64,000 nt of DNA from positions 62,001 through 126,000 of the forward strand of contig CP128820.1 in assembly GCA_051546255.1 (NCBI GenBank), given 5' to 3'. Below are positions 1 through 11,043 of the stretch, piece after piece (within the stretch, counting starts at the first letter, position 1; the number at the start of each line of letters is the position of its first letter). Both the position numbers and the translations under genes were made by a program. Below the pieces are notes generated by a model, which was not told the origin of the DNA, made no database searches, and worked only from the letters and a program-made list of their open reading frames with translations. This stretch comes from Meyerozyma guilliermondii. Taxonomy: Eukaryota.

Positions 1-905
1 CTGCAAAAGTGTTTTATATATCAAAACACCTTTCACAGCCATGGAACTAATTGCATCTTCAACTGACACAACCTCGTGCTGCTCCAGTCCCAAAACGTAA
101 CACATTAAGCCAAATGAAACATTATTTGGGGACCCTGTGCAGCATCAAGGGGGAATTTTAACACAATTAATGCACTTTATCGCCAGTGATGATGTATCCT
201 AACCATGAAGGAGAAGTTTCCAAAGGTTCTTTTTACCTCGTCGTGTAGCATGATAGCAATAGTGCATCCGAAACTCACTAGTAAAGATAGTGATTTTGCA
301 GCCGTTAAGCCGTTTCAGAATCCTGCACGGGTCGACCTTGCAGCATGCATGGACGGGCGCTCAAAATTTATCCTAGTTTCACCACAAGGGGCGCCGCACC
401 CACATGCATACTTCGATGCCTGTTAGCCGTTTAATGATTCCCGAAATGCTCCAAGATATTCATCTACCAAATATCAAACTTTGAAAATTGGATACAAAGA
501 TAGAGTATACCATTTGGGCAACTGATTGGCTGCGACTTATCACCCAAGATAAGCCCAAATAGCAGCCTCATTCAGAGCAAGCCACGACTAATTTAGACGA
601 ATCATGCAGCTCAGCTCGAAACGAAAATTCTGCCCCTTAACGTTTGGCAACGGTGTGCAGAACATTGGCTGCAACAACGCGCACATGGCATTGATTATCT
701 CTATAGCCCAAACCGGTCAAATTGACGGGTTCGAGAACCAGAAAATGTTTGCAATTAAGGTTTAGCAAATAGTAAGTTCAACCGAACAGTCCGTAGTTGT
801 CCGGATTTCATATTTAGACCGTACTTCATGAGGTCTAGTTTCAGGCTCTTCACATGATAGTGCGGCAATCGCAAATTTCACATCGACAAATTTCAAGGAA
901 TTGCT

Positions 906-1835
906 CTATGGATCTCCGATACGCCAAACTTCCAAGCCTATAATTTCGAATCGCGACTCCTTGGCATTTGGTCTTGAGCCACTGGCGTGGCTGGACCCAC
1001 ATAGAACCTCGTTACCGAAGGTTTCGCAATAAGCTGAAACACCGCTGCAGAGCAGTTTGTCGATCCATATGCCGTTGTGGCCATCGGACGACCCGATAGC
1101 AATGAATTGGCTATTGGAGTAAATAATATTATCGTTAATACCAGTGTAGACGAATGCCTTAAACCGCATGCTACCGTCTCCAGTACGTTCACATTTCCAT
1201 AAAAAGCACTCCCCATTACCGTAGTACCGTTTGTGTTCCATCAATCGCAAATTCTCGTTGAGATAGCTCCCGAAGATTGCTCCCGTAGAGTCCTGAATCA
1301 CCAAAACGTACCCTACTGGCCGTCTGATTTCATTGTGGTACTCATGGCTCCCCACCATGGAATTCACCACCAGACTGGCGTATCCTGCGTCTACGGTTTT
1401 CCGTTGACGTTTCACTTGTGCCACTTGCTGATCTCTATCATTGTTCCGGTAGAGCGAGCGAAGTGAAATTCCGTCCTGTTCCATCGAGTATACCAAATTC
1501 CATTCCGACGCCAATTGGAGACGTCGAGGCACAAGATTGCGGATATTATGTGCCAATTCGCCTCCTAGAAGCCGTCTGCGTGTGGTTTCTTTGTAACCGA
1601 CAAGTTTCAAGTCGGAAAGTGGCGGCAACTCATCTTCTCTTTCTGGAGCTTGTGGGTTGCTATTTTCTTGTTCTTTGCTTTCGCTTCCTCTTCTCATTAA
1701 GCGATCCAAGAGCGATGGTCTCTTTTCTATCTGTTTCCGGGGCAAAGAACTAGAAGTTTCTATGTCCACTACTTCTTCTTTTTCGTTGTAAACACGTTGA
1801 TCTTCAGGGTTGCTTGTCAATTTCTCTTCACTCAT
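906..1835 (-). CDS. OXR1: TLDc-domain oxidation resistance protein
   Basis: TLDc signatures WNLVYSMEQDGISLRSLY, YYGNGECFLWK, CETFGNEVL, FEIIGLEVWRI. Confidence 0.9.
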   Translation of the reverse strand: MSEEKLTSNPEDQRVYNEKEEVVDIETSSSLPRKQIEKRPSLLDRLMRRGSESKEQENSNPQAPEREDELPPLSDLKLVGYKETTRRRLLGGELAHNIRNLVPRRLQLASEWNLVYSMEQDGISLRSLYRNNDRDQQVAQVKRQRKTVDAGYASLVVNSMVGSHEYHNEIRRPVGYVLVIQDSTGAIFGSYLNENLRLMEHKRYYGNGECFLWKCERTGDGSMRFKAFVYTGINDNIIYSNSQFIAIGSSDGHNGIWIDKLLCSGVSAYCETFGNEVLCGSSHASGSRPNAKESRFEIIGLEVWRIGDP

Positions 1836-2095
1836 ATTTGATCTGGATGTGAAAAAGTGTATTCTTGTTTCTTAGAGAAATGCTCTTTATGCTGGAAACG
1901 TTTCGATTGGTCAAAAACACTTCAGTATAATATTTAGTGTAGTAGGAGGGGTAGGGTATCTGTGACCTTTTAGAGTGAGGTACTGCAGACGGGCAGATGC
2001 CGATGGGTTGCAAAATATGGCCGTAAAAGTCTACGAAATTAAATAATTGAATGACATTGTAAACCTGGATTATTCACATCTCAACCACTGGCTTG

Positions 2096-2782
2096 CTACT
2101 CTCGTGCCTTGAATTGCATGAGACCTGTCAAAAAATCAACCCCTATTTTTACACTGTCTATGAATTGCAACGGAAACTTTTCCGCCAACTTTTTGTCAAG
2201 TCCGGCCATCCCCGCACACCCAAGAAGTACACAGTCAATTTCGTCATCCTTGTACTCATCCAAGAACCCACTGACCTTTTTTTCGATTTTGGCAAATTGT
2301 TCTGGATCACTGAGATTGGTGACATTGACATCCAACGCTCGAGTCTTCTGAAATTTGCCACTGGGGAACAGATCAGCCCCTACAAAGTCCACAATTGCTT
2401 TATCCAAAAGCGGGAGCCACTCGCTGACGCTTGTTAACACAAACAGCTTCCGAATTGTGCCGTTCAGCAATGCATAAAGAAGGGTAGCTTGCATGATTCC
2501 CATGACTGGGCAGTCCACCAACTTCGCCAATGAACGCACTAGCGGATGGTCTGAGTAGCAGCACACCAAGATGCCATCGTAGTTCAACTTCTTGTCTTTT
2601 AAGTCATCTAGAACAACTTTCTCCGATTGCTGAGAAGTTTCCTCTCCTGTTATCTCCTTGGGCGCCGAAGGTGGAGCCGTATAAAATGAGAGTTCCACTG
2701 TGCTCGGTGCCAACACCGTGTCACGCAAGTTATCTGTGACTTTCTGCGACGAATTTGGGTTCAAAACTAACACCTGGTACAT
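2096..2782 (-). CDS. DCG1: Asp/Glu/hydantoin racemase family protein (Dcg1-like)
   Basis: VLVLNPNSS N-terminus, CCYSDHPL and LGCAGM catalytic-Cys motifs; start moved to the ATG at 2782 (MYQVLV). Confidence 0.85.
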   Translation of the reverse strand: MYQVLVLNPNSSQKVTDNLRDTVLAPSTVELSFYTAPPSAPKEITGEETSQQSEKVVLDDLKDKKLNYDGILVCCYSDHPLVRSLAKLVDCPVMGIMQATLLYALLNGTIRKLFVLTSVSEWLPLLDKAIVDFVGADLFPSGKFQKTRALDVNVTNLSDPEQFAKIEKKVSGFLDEYKDDEIDCVLLGCAGMAGLDKKLAEKFPLQFIDSVKIGVDFLTGLMQFKARE

Positions 2783-2895
2783 TGCAAATGCCCAGTCGCA
2801 ATCGTCGCTGATAACGATCTGGTGCACCGGTGTGTTCCGGAAAGGCGTCAGCTGATGCGCTACCCTGTGTGCAGCTCATTGTGCAACCACTTTGC

Positions 2896-4233
2896 ATGTT
2901 TGTAGTGGTGTTAAAAGATGGCAAAAGTCGACGAATTTGGAGCCGGACAGTCTGTGCGTTGGCTGCTGTGTCTGAAGGTATCAAGTTTGTAATCAGTCAG
3001 CGCCAGCTTTCGATTTCGGCTATAAACGGCGCCAGAACAGCTCATGGCGAAATCGTCTTTGATCGGGATTTTTTTCATGATTTTTATGTCGACTTTGACC
3101 ATGTCTTGAGAGACGGTTATGAAGCTGGTGATGGAATGGAGCGTCAGCATGAAGATGGACATCATAAGGAGATTGCAACGTACTCTTTTTTGGTTAATTC
3201 GAAGCATTTGGTGACGTTGTTTAAGACCCTCGATGTCAACGATTTAGAGTATATTTGCCTCAAGGTGTACTGGAATGAAGCCACAGTGGATGCTATGAAG
3301 TACAAGCTACTCATTGAGATCAAAACGAAGAAATTGGTGGTGAAAAAGTACCAAACCTCGTACCAGCCCGTAGTACGAAATCGGCTACTCGTGGCCGAAG
3401 AATACAAATGGCAGCTTCTGCAGAACAATGACGACATCACATTTTTGAAGATCGACCAGGTGATACCTAGGCAGTTTCTCGATATGATACCGACTGCTGT
3501 GGATGATTTTAAGCTTGAAGTGCGCAGCCACAAGGTGATGTTCAGCGGCATCAAGAAGGCAGTTGTCAAGGACCGTGATTACCTCAAACAGCCAATGGCG
3601 GTCACGGTGACTTTGGGGCTTCGTGACCTCATCGACACGAACTTACGGGAGGAAACCGACGAGTCCCGTAGAAAACTGATAGGGTTTCGGCTTCGTGACT
3701 TTAAGACATTCATGTCCTTGATATCTTCTTTGGGCTCCACCTCGGACGAAAATGGACCCGATTATGACCTGGACGAGGGACTTTCGATATACTTGAAGCA
3801 GCCAGGAGACCCAATAGTGTTTGAACTCTGCAACATAACAAACGTCAAGATACAGTTCGTCCAGATCACCAATACCGCATCCTCTGAAGAGGGCAAAGAG
3901 ATTAAAATTCCGCACCATGTGGTACATGAAATCAACAAGGCACCAAGTACGGCTCCTCCAGCAAAACGTCACAAGAAAATGTTATTAATGAACCCAACTA
4001 TTCCCTCACAAGAAACCGCTACTCAGTTTATGAACTCGGGTCGTTCATCTTCACCCGAGCCTCGAATTGCATACGACCTGGCGCTCCGAACTCGTTCCAC
4101 GGACCAACTCTTCGTTGAAGAACACAGCCAGCCTCACTCTCGTGGTTCGGACTCGAGTAATGACTCCCATAGCGACCAGCCGTCGCAATACGGTCCCACC
4201 CAGCAAACCACCGTCAAGTCAATATTTGACTGA
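2896..4233 (+). CDS. DDC1: 9-1-1 checkpoint clamp subunit (Rad9/Ddc1 family)
   Basis: IWSRTVCALAAVSEGIKF, SAINGARTAHGEIVF, PGDPIVFE; disordered tail ending in YGPTQ; first ATG at 2896. Confidence 0.75.
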   Translation: MFVVVLKDGKSRRIWSRTVCALAAVSEGIKFVISQRQLSISAINGARTAHGEIVFDRDFFHDFYVDFDHVLRDGYEAGDGMERQHEDGHHKEIATYSFLVNSKHLVTLFKTLDVNDLEYICLKVYWNEATVDAMKYKLLIEIKTKKLVVKKYQTSYQPVVRNRLLVAEEYKWQLLQNNDDITFLKIDQVIPRQFLDMIPTAVDDFKLEVRSHKVMFSGIKKAVVKDRDYLKQPMAVTVTLGLRDLIDTNLREETDESRRKLIGFRLRDFKTFMSLISSLGSTSDENGPDYDLDEGLSIYLKQPGDPIVFELCNITNVKIQFVQITNTASSEEGKEIKIPHHVVHEINKAPSTAPPAKRHKKMLLMNPTIPSQETATQFMNSGRSSSPEPRIAYDLALRTRSTDQLFVEEHSQPHSRGSDSSNDSHSDQPSQYGPTQQTTVKSIFD

Positions 4234-4327
4234 ATTACAAAAAACCAAATTAGGTGCATTTATTCATAACTTTACACACTATCCACTCCGAACAACACTC
4301 ACGTCCAACACCCACATCCAACTGACC

Positions 4328-4675
4328 CTATTTCGTCTCCGTGACAGCCTCGACAGCCTTCTTTGATGAACCGTAATGGTGATTCACCCACCTATAACCC
4401 TGACCCAATTGAGCCAATTCGTTCACAAAATGACATCCAAACAACAAGTAGTTTTGAGGAGTCACAGCCAATGAGTACCTCATGAATGTCAATGAGTATA
4501 AAATCAACGATCCGGTCATTGGTCCACTGATCAAATCAGGGTCTTTTTTCAAGTCCATGACGGCAGCGACAGGAATACCAAAGTTGGACACCGGTCCCCA
4601 GAAGTGAGTTGTACACACGTATCTCAACGATTGCTTGGAGAACAAAAAGTCTGTGAATTTCTTGAAACTAGACAT
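4328..4675 (-). CDS. MPC1: Mitochondrial pyruvate carrier subunit 1
   Basis: THFWGPVSNFGIPVAA...ISGPMT...NYLLFGCH. Confidence 0.92.
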   Translation of the reverse strand: MSSFKKFTDFLFSKQSLRYVCTTHFWGPVSNFGIPVAAVMDLKKDPDLISGPMTGSLILYSLTFMRYSLAVTPQNYLLFGCHFVNELAQLGQGYRWVNHHYGSSKKAVEAVTETK

Positions 4676-4958
4676 CGCTCTTGTTCGCGGGAGTCTTTGC
4701 CGAAGATATACTCCGGCGAGGCTGTGTGCAGTACGTATATCGGTTCGGGTGTTGGTGAAGTACAGAGGAATCCAGAAATGTTCGAGCTATGAACTCACTT
4801 TGTTGTGCCTCGTAGTATTAGGAAAGTTGTTAGTATCGTTTTGGCTTCCTTAAACGAAAATTCTGGTGCAGTTCCTTACGTTTATATCATCGTTAAGAAT
4901 TTGTGAATTTTTTGCGATTACTAGAAATCATTCAATTCATTAGAAACTTTGTACATAT

Positions 4959-7502
4959 TCATTGATTTCCGTGATGACTAAAGCTAGGAAACAAATCAGC
5001 ATCACTGCTCGGGTCATACCCAAAGGGAGGATTTATATATTCCTCCGATCCTCCTTCTTCAGCTTTTGGTTGTACCACTTGAGACTTGCCCTCTGGCGCG
5101 GAGGAGTCCATAAGCCAACTGCCCTCGCTACCAACTGATGGTTGCACGTGAAGGGGCCGCGGTTGCTCTAAATCACTAGAACTCGATTCGCCTTGCAGGT
5201 AGGTTGAACGCAATCCTTGTTGACCTCCATCGTCACTTGGTGAGCTCAAGTAGTAAGGCAAGTTTTCGGGATTAGTTAGCCAGAATGGGTCGCTGAGACT
5301 TATGTAGTAAGTATCGTCAAGTTGAGAGTCATCTTCCATCATCATCTGAGTATAGTCGCCGAATCTCTCGTTCAGAATTCTTTGCTGTCTTCGTTCTTGC
5401 ATAACATTGATGAATCGTATGTTGTTGTTCATCAAGTACAAAATATTAGTCGACCAAAATTTGATGTTTTTTGAGACCTTGGCCAGCAAACGAGATTCAA
5501 ATGAGTAGAGCAATTTGAGTTTCTCGTCAAGAACTATCAAAAACTTTTCATAGTCAATGACCAGCAGATTATCCGACAAGTTCATGACGCTTGGGGCCTC
5601 AATGAATTCCTTGAACTTGTAGTGCAAAAAGGTGAATATCACAACGAAACCTTGGTAAATGAACGAGTTTAAGAATGGAAAATAGGTTCGGAAAAGTTTT
5701 CCAAAATGCTTGTCTAGCAATGTGTTCGCACTGCCCGAAAGCTTCTCGCCAAAATCGTCGATGAAGTCTCCGATAAATTCAACGGAGTAGATTAAAAACC
5801 TGTCGAGAGAATTAATCAAAATCCTGACTACTTCATCGGCTTGTTCATGCATCCGAAATTTATCGACAAAGGGTTCAAATAATTTGGATCGATTGACGTA
5901 AAATATGATCAAATCATGCATCACAGCAGAGCGTCCAATCTTGGAGCGAGACAGAAGTTGGTCACTTGCGCTTTCAAATTGCAAATTCGTATCAGCATTC
6001 TTGTTGGTAAGAAGCATTTCCAATTGATTGATTTCAGTCTCGAACTTTCGGTTCAAATTGAATAGATCAGTAATTGTAAAATCGATCATGTAATTTTCAA
6101 TTAACATCATGTTGGACAAACGAAGACACTCACTCAAACCAGACTTGAGGGCCACCTGAGTCTTTGTCTCCTTGAAATTAAGGCTATCTGACCTCGTGGT
6201 GCTTGTTGAACGATTAACGAACGAGTTGACTTGAATTGATATGGGATTTGGTCGACCAAGAATGGAGCATATTTGACCAGTGATATTCCGCAAAGCGAAC
6301 CATACCACACACTTCTCCAAATCTTCCCTCTCGTCATCTTCATTTATAGTATCCTTATTATTATTGCCAAGTTTGAATCTGCTTAAAACGTGGAGACCTA
6401 TCAGGTAGGCGACGGCGCTCACGTGAAAAACCATCGACCAGCACTCTTCGTATTTTTGGTCGACAAAATACCACTCACAACACAAGATATAAGCTTGAAT
6501 GGTGACAATCGACTCGTTCAACAAGTTGTGGCGAAAGCTGACAAAAGAGTGGTGGAGAACATCCTTAGACAAATACGACTTGAATTTCGAAACTTCCAGT
6601 ATCTTGTCTTGCGGAAGCAAGCCAAAATCCACAAACTGTGTTGGCGAAAGCCTTTGAACTGCAATCAATATGATCATATAGAGCAAGAGAAGGTCATCGT
6701 CGTTTTCCCATTCGCTGTCTTTGATGGACTCGTAAGAATCAAGAAACTGTCGCACGTTGCCTATGACAATAAACGAGGTATAGTAGGAATTTGTTGTGAA
6801 GAAAAACTCAATTAATCGCTGAATAACATCGATATTGCGTCGAATAACAACAGGGTCTTTCACGTTGAGGTGAGGATCCCCACCAAGTACGCACGGAAGG
6901 TTCTTTTTTTTGAGCGACATTCTCACCCGAGTGTCTTCAGGGTCCTCCTTGTGGGCTTCCTTGACCACCTTGGACTGTTTGGAGGTTTCAGCATCGTTTG
7001 TTGTATTATCTCGAAGATTATCCATCATATAGCTCGATGACTGGGGCCCATAGTACTTTTCACCTCCCTCAGAAGTCTCTCCGCTAACATGAATGGGATT
7101 TTTAGTCGAATGTTCACCAATAGCACTGGCGACATCCAGTACTGAATTACTACGGGTTTGTTGCGCCAACTTTTCGGTAAGTTTGCGGCTTCCCAACTCC
7201 AATCTGAAATTTTCCTCCAAAAGCCGTTGGTTGTGGCGCTTGATCAGCTCCAAGTCGTCGCCATATGACGACATGGTGAATTCTGAAGAGTCGGCCCCGC
7301 TGGAAGAAGATATCTCTGCCCGGGAAACCAAGGCAGATTGAGGGTCTAAATGTTCACCCTCATCGATTTTGATATTTCTAAAAGTGGAAGGAAATCTGCA
7401 AACGATGGACCTTCGTTCACACTGATTACAGGGCTTCTTTTTGTTACACTTGATCTTCTTGCGGCGACACGAGATACAGGATATGGGGAATGACTCTGTC
7501 AT
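4959..7502 (-). CDS. Zn(II)2Cys6 transcription factor (probably the C. albicans ZCF1 orthologue, from recalled synteny)
   Basis: CISCRRKKIKCNKKKPCNQCERRSIVC binuclear cluster, coiled coil, fungal TF middle region (LGRP). Confidence 0.9.
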   Translation of the reverse strand: MTESFPISCISCRRKKIKCNKKKPCNQCERRSIVCRFPSTFRNIKIDEGEHLDPQSALVSRAEISSSSGADSSEFTMSSYGDDLELIKRHNQRLLEENFRLELGSRKLTEKLAQQTRSNSVLDVASAIGEHSTKNPIHVSGETSEGGEKYYGPQSSSYMMDNLRDNTTNDAETSKQSKVVKEAHKEDPEDTRVRMSLKKKNLPCVLGGDPHLNVKDPVVIRRNIDVIQRLIEFFFTTNSYYTSFIVIGNVRQFLDSYESIKDSEWENDDDLLLLYMIILIAVQRLSPTQFVDFGLLPQDKILEVSKFKSYLSKDVLHHSFVSFRHNLLNESIVTIQAYILCCEWYFVDQKYEECWSMVFHVSAVAYLIGLHVLSRFKLGNNNKDTINEDDEREDLEKCVVWFALRNITGQICSILGRPNPISIQVNSFVNRSTSTTRSDSLNFKETKTQVALKSGLSECLRLSNMMLIENYMIDFTITDLFNLNRKFETEINQLEMLLTNKNADTNLQFESASDQLLSRSKIGRSAVMHDLIIFYVNRSKLFEPFVDKFRMHEQADEVVRILINSLDRFLIYSVEFIGDFIDDFGEKLSGSANTLLDKHFGKLFRTYFPFLNSFIYQGFVVIFTFLHYKFKEFIEAPSVMNLSDNLLVIDYEKFLIVLDEKLKLLYSFESRLLAKVSKNIKFWSTNILYLMNNNIRFINVMQERRQQRILNERFGDYTQMMMEDDSQLDDTYYISLSDPFWLTNPENLPYYLSSPSDDGGQQGLRSTYLQGESSSSDLEQPRPLHVQPSVGSEGSWLMDSSAPEGKSQVVQPKAEEGGSEEYINPPFGYDPSSDADLFPSFSHHGNQ

Positions 7503-8231
7503 GATTAAACTTGGATTGGAACCGGAAATTTAGCGAGATGATGTACTTGGAACTTTAAAAGTAATCCCTAGTGAGTATGTGACTAGCAAAATGTAATTAT
7601 ACCTGTTGAAAGATTCTGGATAACTTCTCGCCTGACTCTCTGGTGAATTAAGGAAAGAAGATATTGCTGCAGGGAGCCACCCAAACTGAATATAGTCAAA
7701 GAAGTATTCCCGAAATCAAGTGCGGTACTACCGACGGTGTGCAGGTGCAGAGGTGCAGTCGATGGCGTGCAGGTTAAAATGGTTCACTTGAACCGTTACC
7801 TATATCTTCACGGCCCCAACTATGGCTCTTTGCTTTTCCTTGGTCACTCCACTAAAGCATAAAATTGGCCACTCCAATAGATTTGGCCATTATGTGGCGC
7901 TTCGACAGATTGGGTCGATGTCTTTTCTCCGGAACTCCGCACTAAGAGATCTCCGAAAAGTATAGAGGCAGGAACTACAGTGCGCGGTTAAAGTCAGTTC
8001 GAGGATTTTTAAACTTTATGTTCGCATATGCCGGAATTACTTTTTTCCGCGACCCGGCCACATTGTGGCCTGCGACTCTCCGCGCCACGCGCGCCGCCTA
8101 GTATTGTTGGCGCGCTGCATCTAATTTCGATTCCAAACTGATCACCACCGATTCCGCTTACATAAGCAGTTCTTATCAGGTCTCACTTTTGGTGATTTTT
8201 TGCGCCCATTTGTTTTCCTATTTATCTGTGG

Positions 8232-8963
8232 ATGACAGATAAAGAGCCGTATTATCGGTCCAAGACCAGTATTAAGCCAGCTCCCGTGGCGCGGCCACGC
8301 TCGGTGTATGGTGACGCAGACGAATTGATGTTTAAACTTGCCAAAAACTCGGTTTTGGCTCCATCACTAAAACGTACTAAGCCTCCAATCGAACCTTATT
8401 TTGTTAAACAGCCAAACAGGCGTCGCTTGAGTGTTCCTGACGACTCTAGCTATAAGGGGGTTGCTTCGTACCCGTTCCAATGTGCTGATGAGTCGGCAAT
8501 TGTGTCTGATGACGAGGATGATCTAGAGGACAATGTAATTCAAACCAAAGTGTCACGCCACGGTTCTATGGCCGAGCATAGTCGCCCACCAAGCTCCAGA
8601 AACTCGTTCCACCGCTCTGTGAGCGACAATTTTTCTCCAGCGTCATCTTGCTCAAACTCGACCAGCGAACTCACCATTAACAAAACCTTTGACAGGGCCA
8701 ATTTTTCCATCACTAATCCACGTGTGGCCATCCAAAGACCAGAGTTATTGGAAGACGCTGACGAGTACGTCAACTCCTTGTTTATCAAGAGCAACTTGCC
8801 GTATATCGTTACTAACCCCCGCTCCAGAGCGTTGTCTTCGTCGCTCTTCCCGCCTCGAATGATGTCCACCTCGCTCACCAAAGACGACTTTGATGCGGTT
8901 ACATGTTCTCCAAGCGTCCGAGACGACTTTGATACTGTTCCTAATCAATCGTTTATAGTCTAA
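8232..8963 (+). CDS. Uncharacterised Ser-rich, probably disordered 243-aa protein
   Basis: Stand-alone ATG-initiated ORF filling the gap between the Zn-cluster gene and SEC59; RRRLS kinase-type site; no recognised domain. Confidence 0.65.
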   Translation: MTDKEPYYRSKTSIKPAPVARPRSVYGDADELMFKLAKNSVLAPSLKRTKPPIEPYFVKQPNRRRLSVPDDSSYKGVASYPFQCADESAIVSDDEDDLEDNVIQTKVSRHGSMAEHSRPPSSRNSFHRSVSDNFSPASSCSNSTSELTINKTFDRANFSITNPRVAIQRPELLEDADEYVNSLFIKSNLPYIVTNPRSRALSSSLFPPRMMSTSLTKDDFDAVTCSPSVRDDFDTVPNQSFIV

Positions 8964-10799
8964 TTATTTTTTAGTGTGCAATGCGTCTAAGGCAATCATC
9001 ATTACGCACGGAATCACCAAGTTATCGTTCAAGGTGCTCACACCTTCCAAGATACCTCCTATCAAGCAGCACACAAATACCGGTTCCCAGTCTGCAACTT
9101 GCCCGTTCAAGAGATACTGGTCTACCAAGAAAAGTCCACCAAAAGTTATCAATACGAACGCTACAGTTCCCTGGATTGATTTTGGGCCCCCTTTCCACTT
9201 GACAGAACCGAACCGCTTGCCAATAATCGATGCTGAGGAATCGCCCAAGCCCAACGAAATAACTCCGAGGAAAGACTTGATGGAAACTCGTTTATCGATA
9301 CAGTAATCGAAGACCATAGGTAATGAAACCCCGGCTATAAGATATATGTACGACACGTTGAGGGGTCCTTTCAAGTCTTTGAAGTCTTGGAACACAAGCA
9401 AGCTTTTAGAAAGCCATTGGCCCACAAAAGTGAAGCGAGTAAACCGGATTATTTCGAGAATGACAAACACAACCGCCGATCCAAGCAAGGCAATTAGGGT
9501 GAACTGTGGTTGATCAACATAAGCCGGGTACGTCACCAAGCCCAAAATCACCCAGTGCCATACTTTTCGCCTCAAGTTTAAGCTTATGTGGGGAGCAAGA
9601 AAAAACACCAGTGGTATGACAACTGCAAGCACAGCTAACCAAGTGGACAAAATCGACTTGCGCTCGGCAGAGTCAATTATGTACAGCCAGAGCCAGCTGA
9701 TAGCATTATTGTTTGGAAGGATGGAACTCAATTGGTAGTTTGTTAAGAACACAAACAACGCACCAGACACAACTGCACTTAGTATGCCCACCACAAAGTT
9801 TCGGGTGCTCGAGTACAAGAGGAACAAAGGGTACACAAGTGCACTGGTTGAGACGAGACTTATGACCAATTTTTGAAAAATAATCACTGGAAGATTGTAC
9901 TGATTATTCAAGGCGGTGTAGTGGACGACGTTGCTGAGCAAAACGGAAAACAATTGAATCTCTGCCTGGCATAAACTTGTGTTTGTTCCCGCGCCTATAG
10001 GGCTGCTAGACTCTTTCGCCTGGGCCATTGCTTTGGTATCATCTTGCTGAAGGACTTCTTCAGGAATGTCCACCGATGTTCTATCGCTGCCTTTGTTGAA
10101 ATAGTTCAACAGGTATTGAATACAAGCGTGGAACACAAATATTATTGCAATTGCTTGGGTTGGTGTATTGTCTTCTTCGTCACGATAAATGACAAAATAC
10201 GCTATTGCCGACCCCAACCGAATAACAGGGTGAACATAGTCCACCACAAAGTAATTAAAGCACAAGTTGAGGTGCAAAGCGTCCGACTTGTAGAGAGCAG
10301 CGATGGCAGTGGGGATGAACACCGCATAGATCAAGTTGAATCCTGGAAGTTGGGGCAACGGAAAACGAGCAGGATTCTTCTTGTGGAGCCTCAGCCGGCT
10401 CCTATAGCTGAAAATGAACGCCATGCCAACACCAATAGCATTGAAACCAATTTTATACATATTTTCTTTGACGTATTCGGTATTGTACAAATAGAAAGCA
10501 TGGCAAATAAACGCCAACATTACCAACTGGACAAACTTGGCAAAGTCCAATTCATCATTCAAGAAATCTTGAGCCCCATAGATCACCCTAAACACCACTG
10601 ATTGACCAGCAATGTCGTCTTCAAGGTCTTTTTCACCGGTCAAAGCTGCCGGATTAGCGGTCAGATTAGCCATCAGTGTAGACAGTTCCACAGCAGTTGT
10701 GGAAGTTTCTGGTGGGTTACCCTCGCGAAAGATAGCAGCCGTGGACGCCGCCGTGGGACTTTGGGCCGTTTTGGGAGACGGCTTCTTTCTTGGTGGCAT
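8964..10799 (-). CDS. SEC59: Dolichol kinase
   Basis: Multi-TM protein with LNLRRKVWH, GPLNVSYIYL, GLGDSSASIIGKRFG, KSIQGT and LNDNL CTP-transferase motifs. Confidence 0.92.
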   Translation of the reverse strand: MPPRKKPSPKTAQSPTAASTAAIFREGNPPETSTTAVELSTLMANLTANPAALTGEKDLEDDIAGQSVVFRVIYGAQDFLNDELDFAKFVQLVMLAFICHAFYLYNTEYVKENMYKIGFNAIGVGMAFIFSYRSRLRLHKKNPARFPLPQLPGFNLIYAVFIPTAIAALYKSDALHLNLCFNYFVVDYVHPVIRLGSAIAYFVIYRDEEDNTPTQAIAIIFVFHACIQYLLNYFNKGSDRTSVDIPEEVLQQDDTKAMAQAKESSSPIGAGTNTSLCQAEIQLFSVLLSNVVHYTALNNQYNLPVIIFQKLVISLVSTSALVYPLFLLYSSTRNFVVGILSAVVSGALFVFLTNYQLSSILPNNNAISWLWLYIIDSAERKSILSTWLAVLAVVIPLVFFLAPHISLNLRRKVWHWVILGLVTYPAYVDQPQFTLIALLGSAVVFVILEIIRFTRFTFVGQWLSKSLLVFQDFKDLKGPLNVSYIYLIAGVSLPMVFDYCIDKRVSIKSFLGVISLGLGDSSASIIGKRFGSVKWKGGPKSIQGTVAFVLITFGGLFLVDQYLLNGQVADWEPVFVCCLIGGILEGVSTLNDNLVIPCVMMIALDALHTKK

Positions 10800-11043
10800 G
10801 GGTAGATTTCAAGAAACTGAGCCCGAAAACATAGATAAACTGCATAAAGAGCACTGCATACAGCTCGAGCCTCACTAAACGTAAAAATTTCGAGCGACTT
10901 CTTTCGTGCTGCAGATGGCCGTTTCTAGTAACGTCCGTGTAAAATCCTGCACAATCGCTCATTCTGCTGCCAGAGCAAACGTCTGCAAAATTGCTCTGGG
11001 GTACATATATAAGGAGCCCTATCCCATTTGTTCATCATTCAAA

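Noticed and set aside
205..426. 73-aa ORF in the left intergenic region
   Set aside because: No recognisable features; length compatible with chance.
2096..2782. DCG1 racemase-family gene as part of the D-amino acid cluster
   Set aside because: About 50 kb away among housekeeping genes, and I did not see the shared promoter element.
10906..11043. N-terminal extensions from GTG/TTG or upstream starts in the ORF track (HSP31, HSP90, DDC1, RTP1, PFK2, SUI3, dipeptidase)
   Set aside because: They cross TATA/promoter sequence or lack family similarity; homology begins at the downstream ATG.
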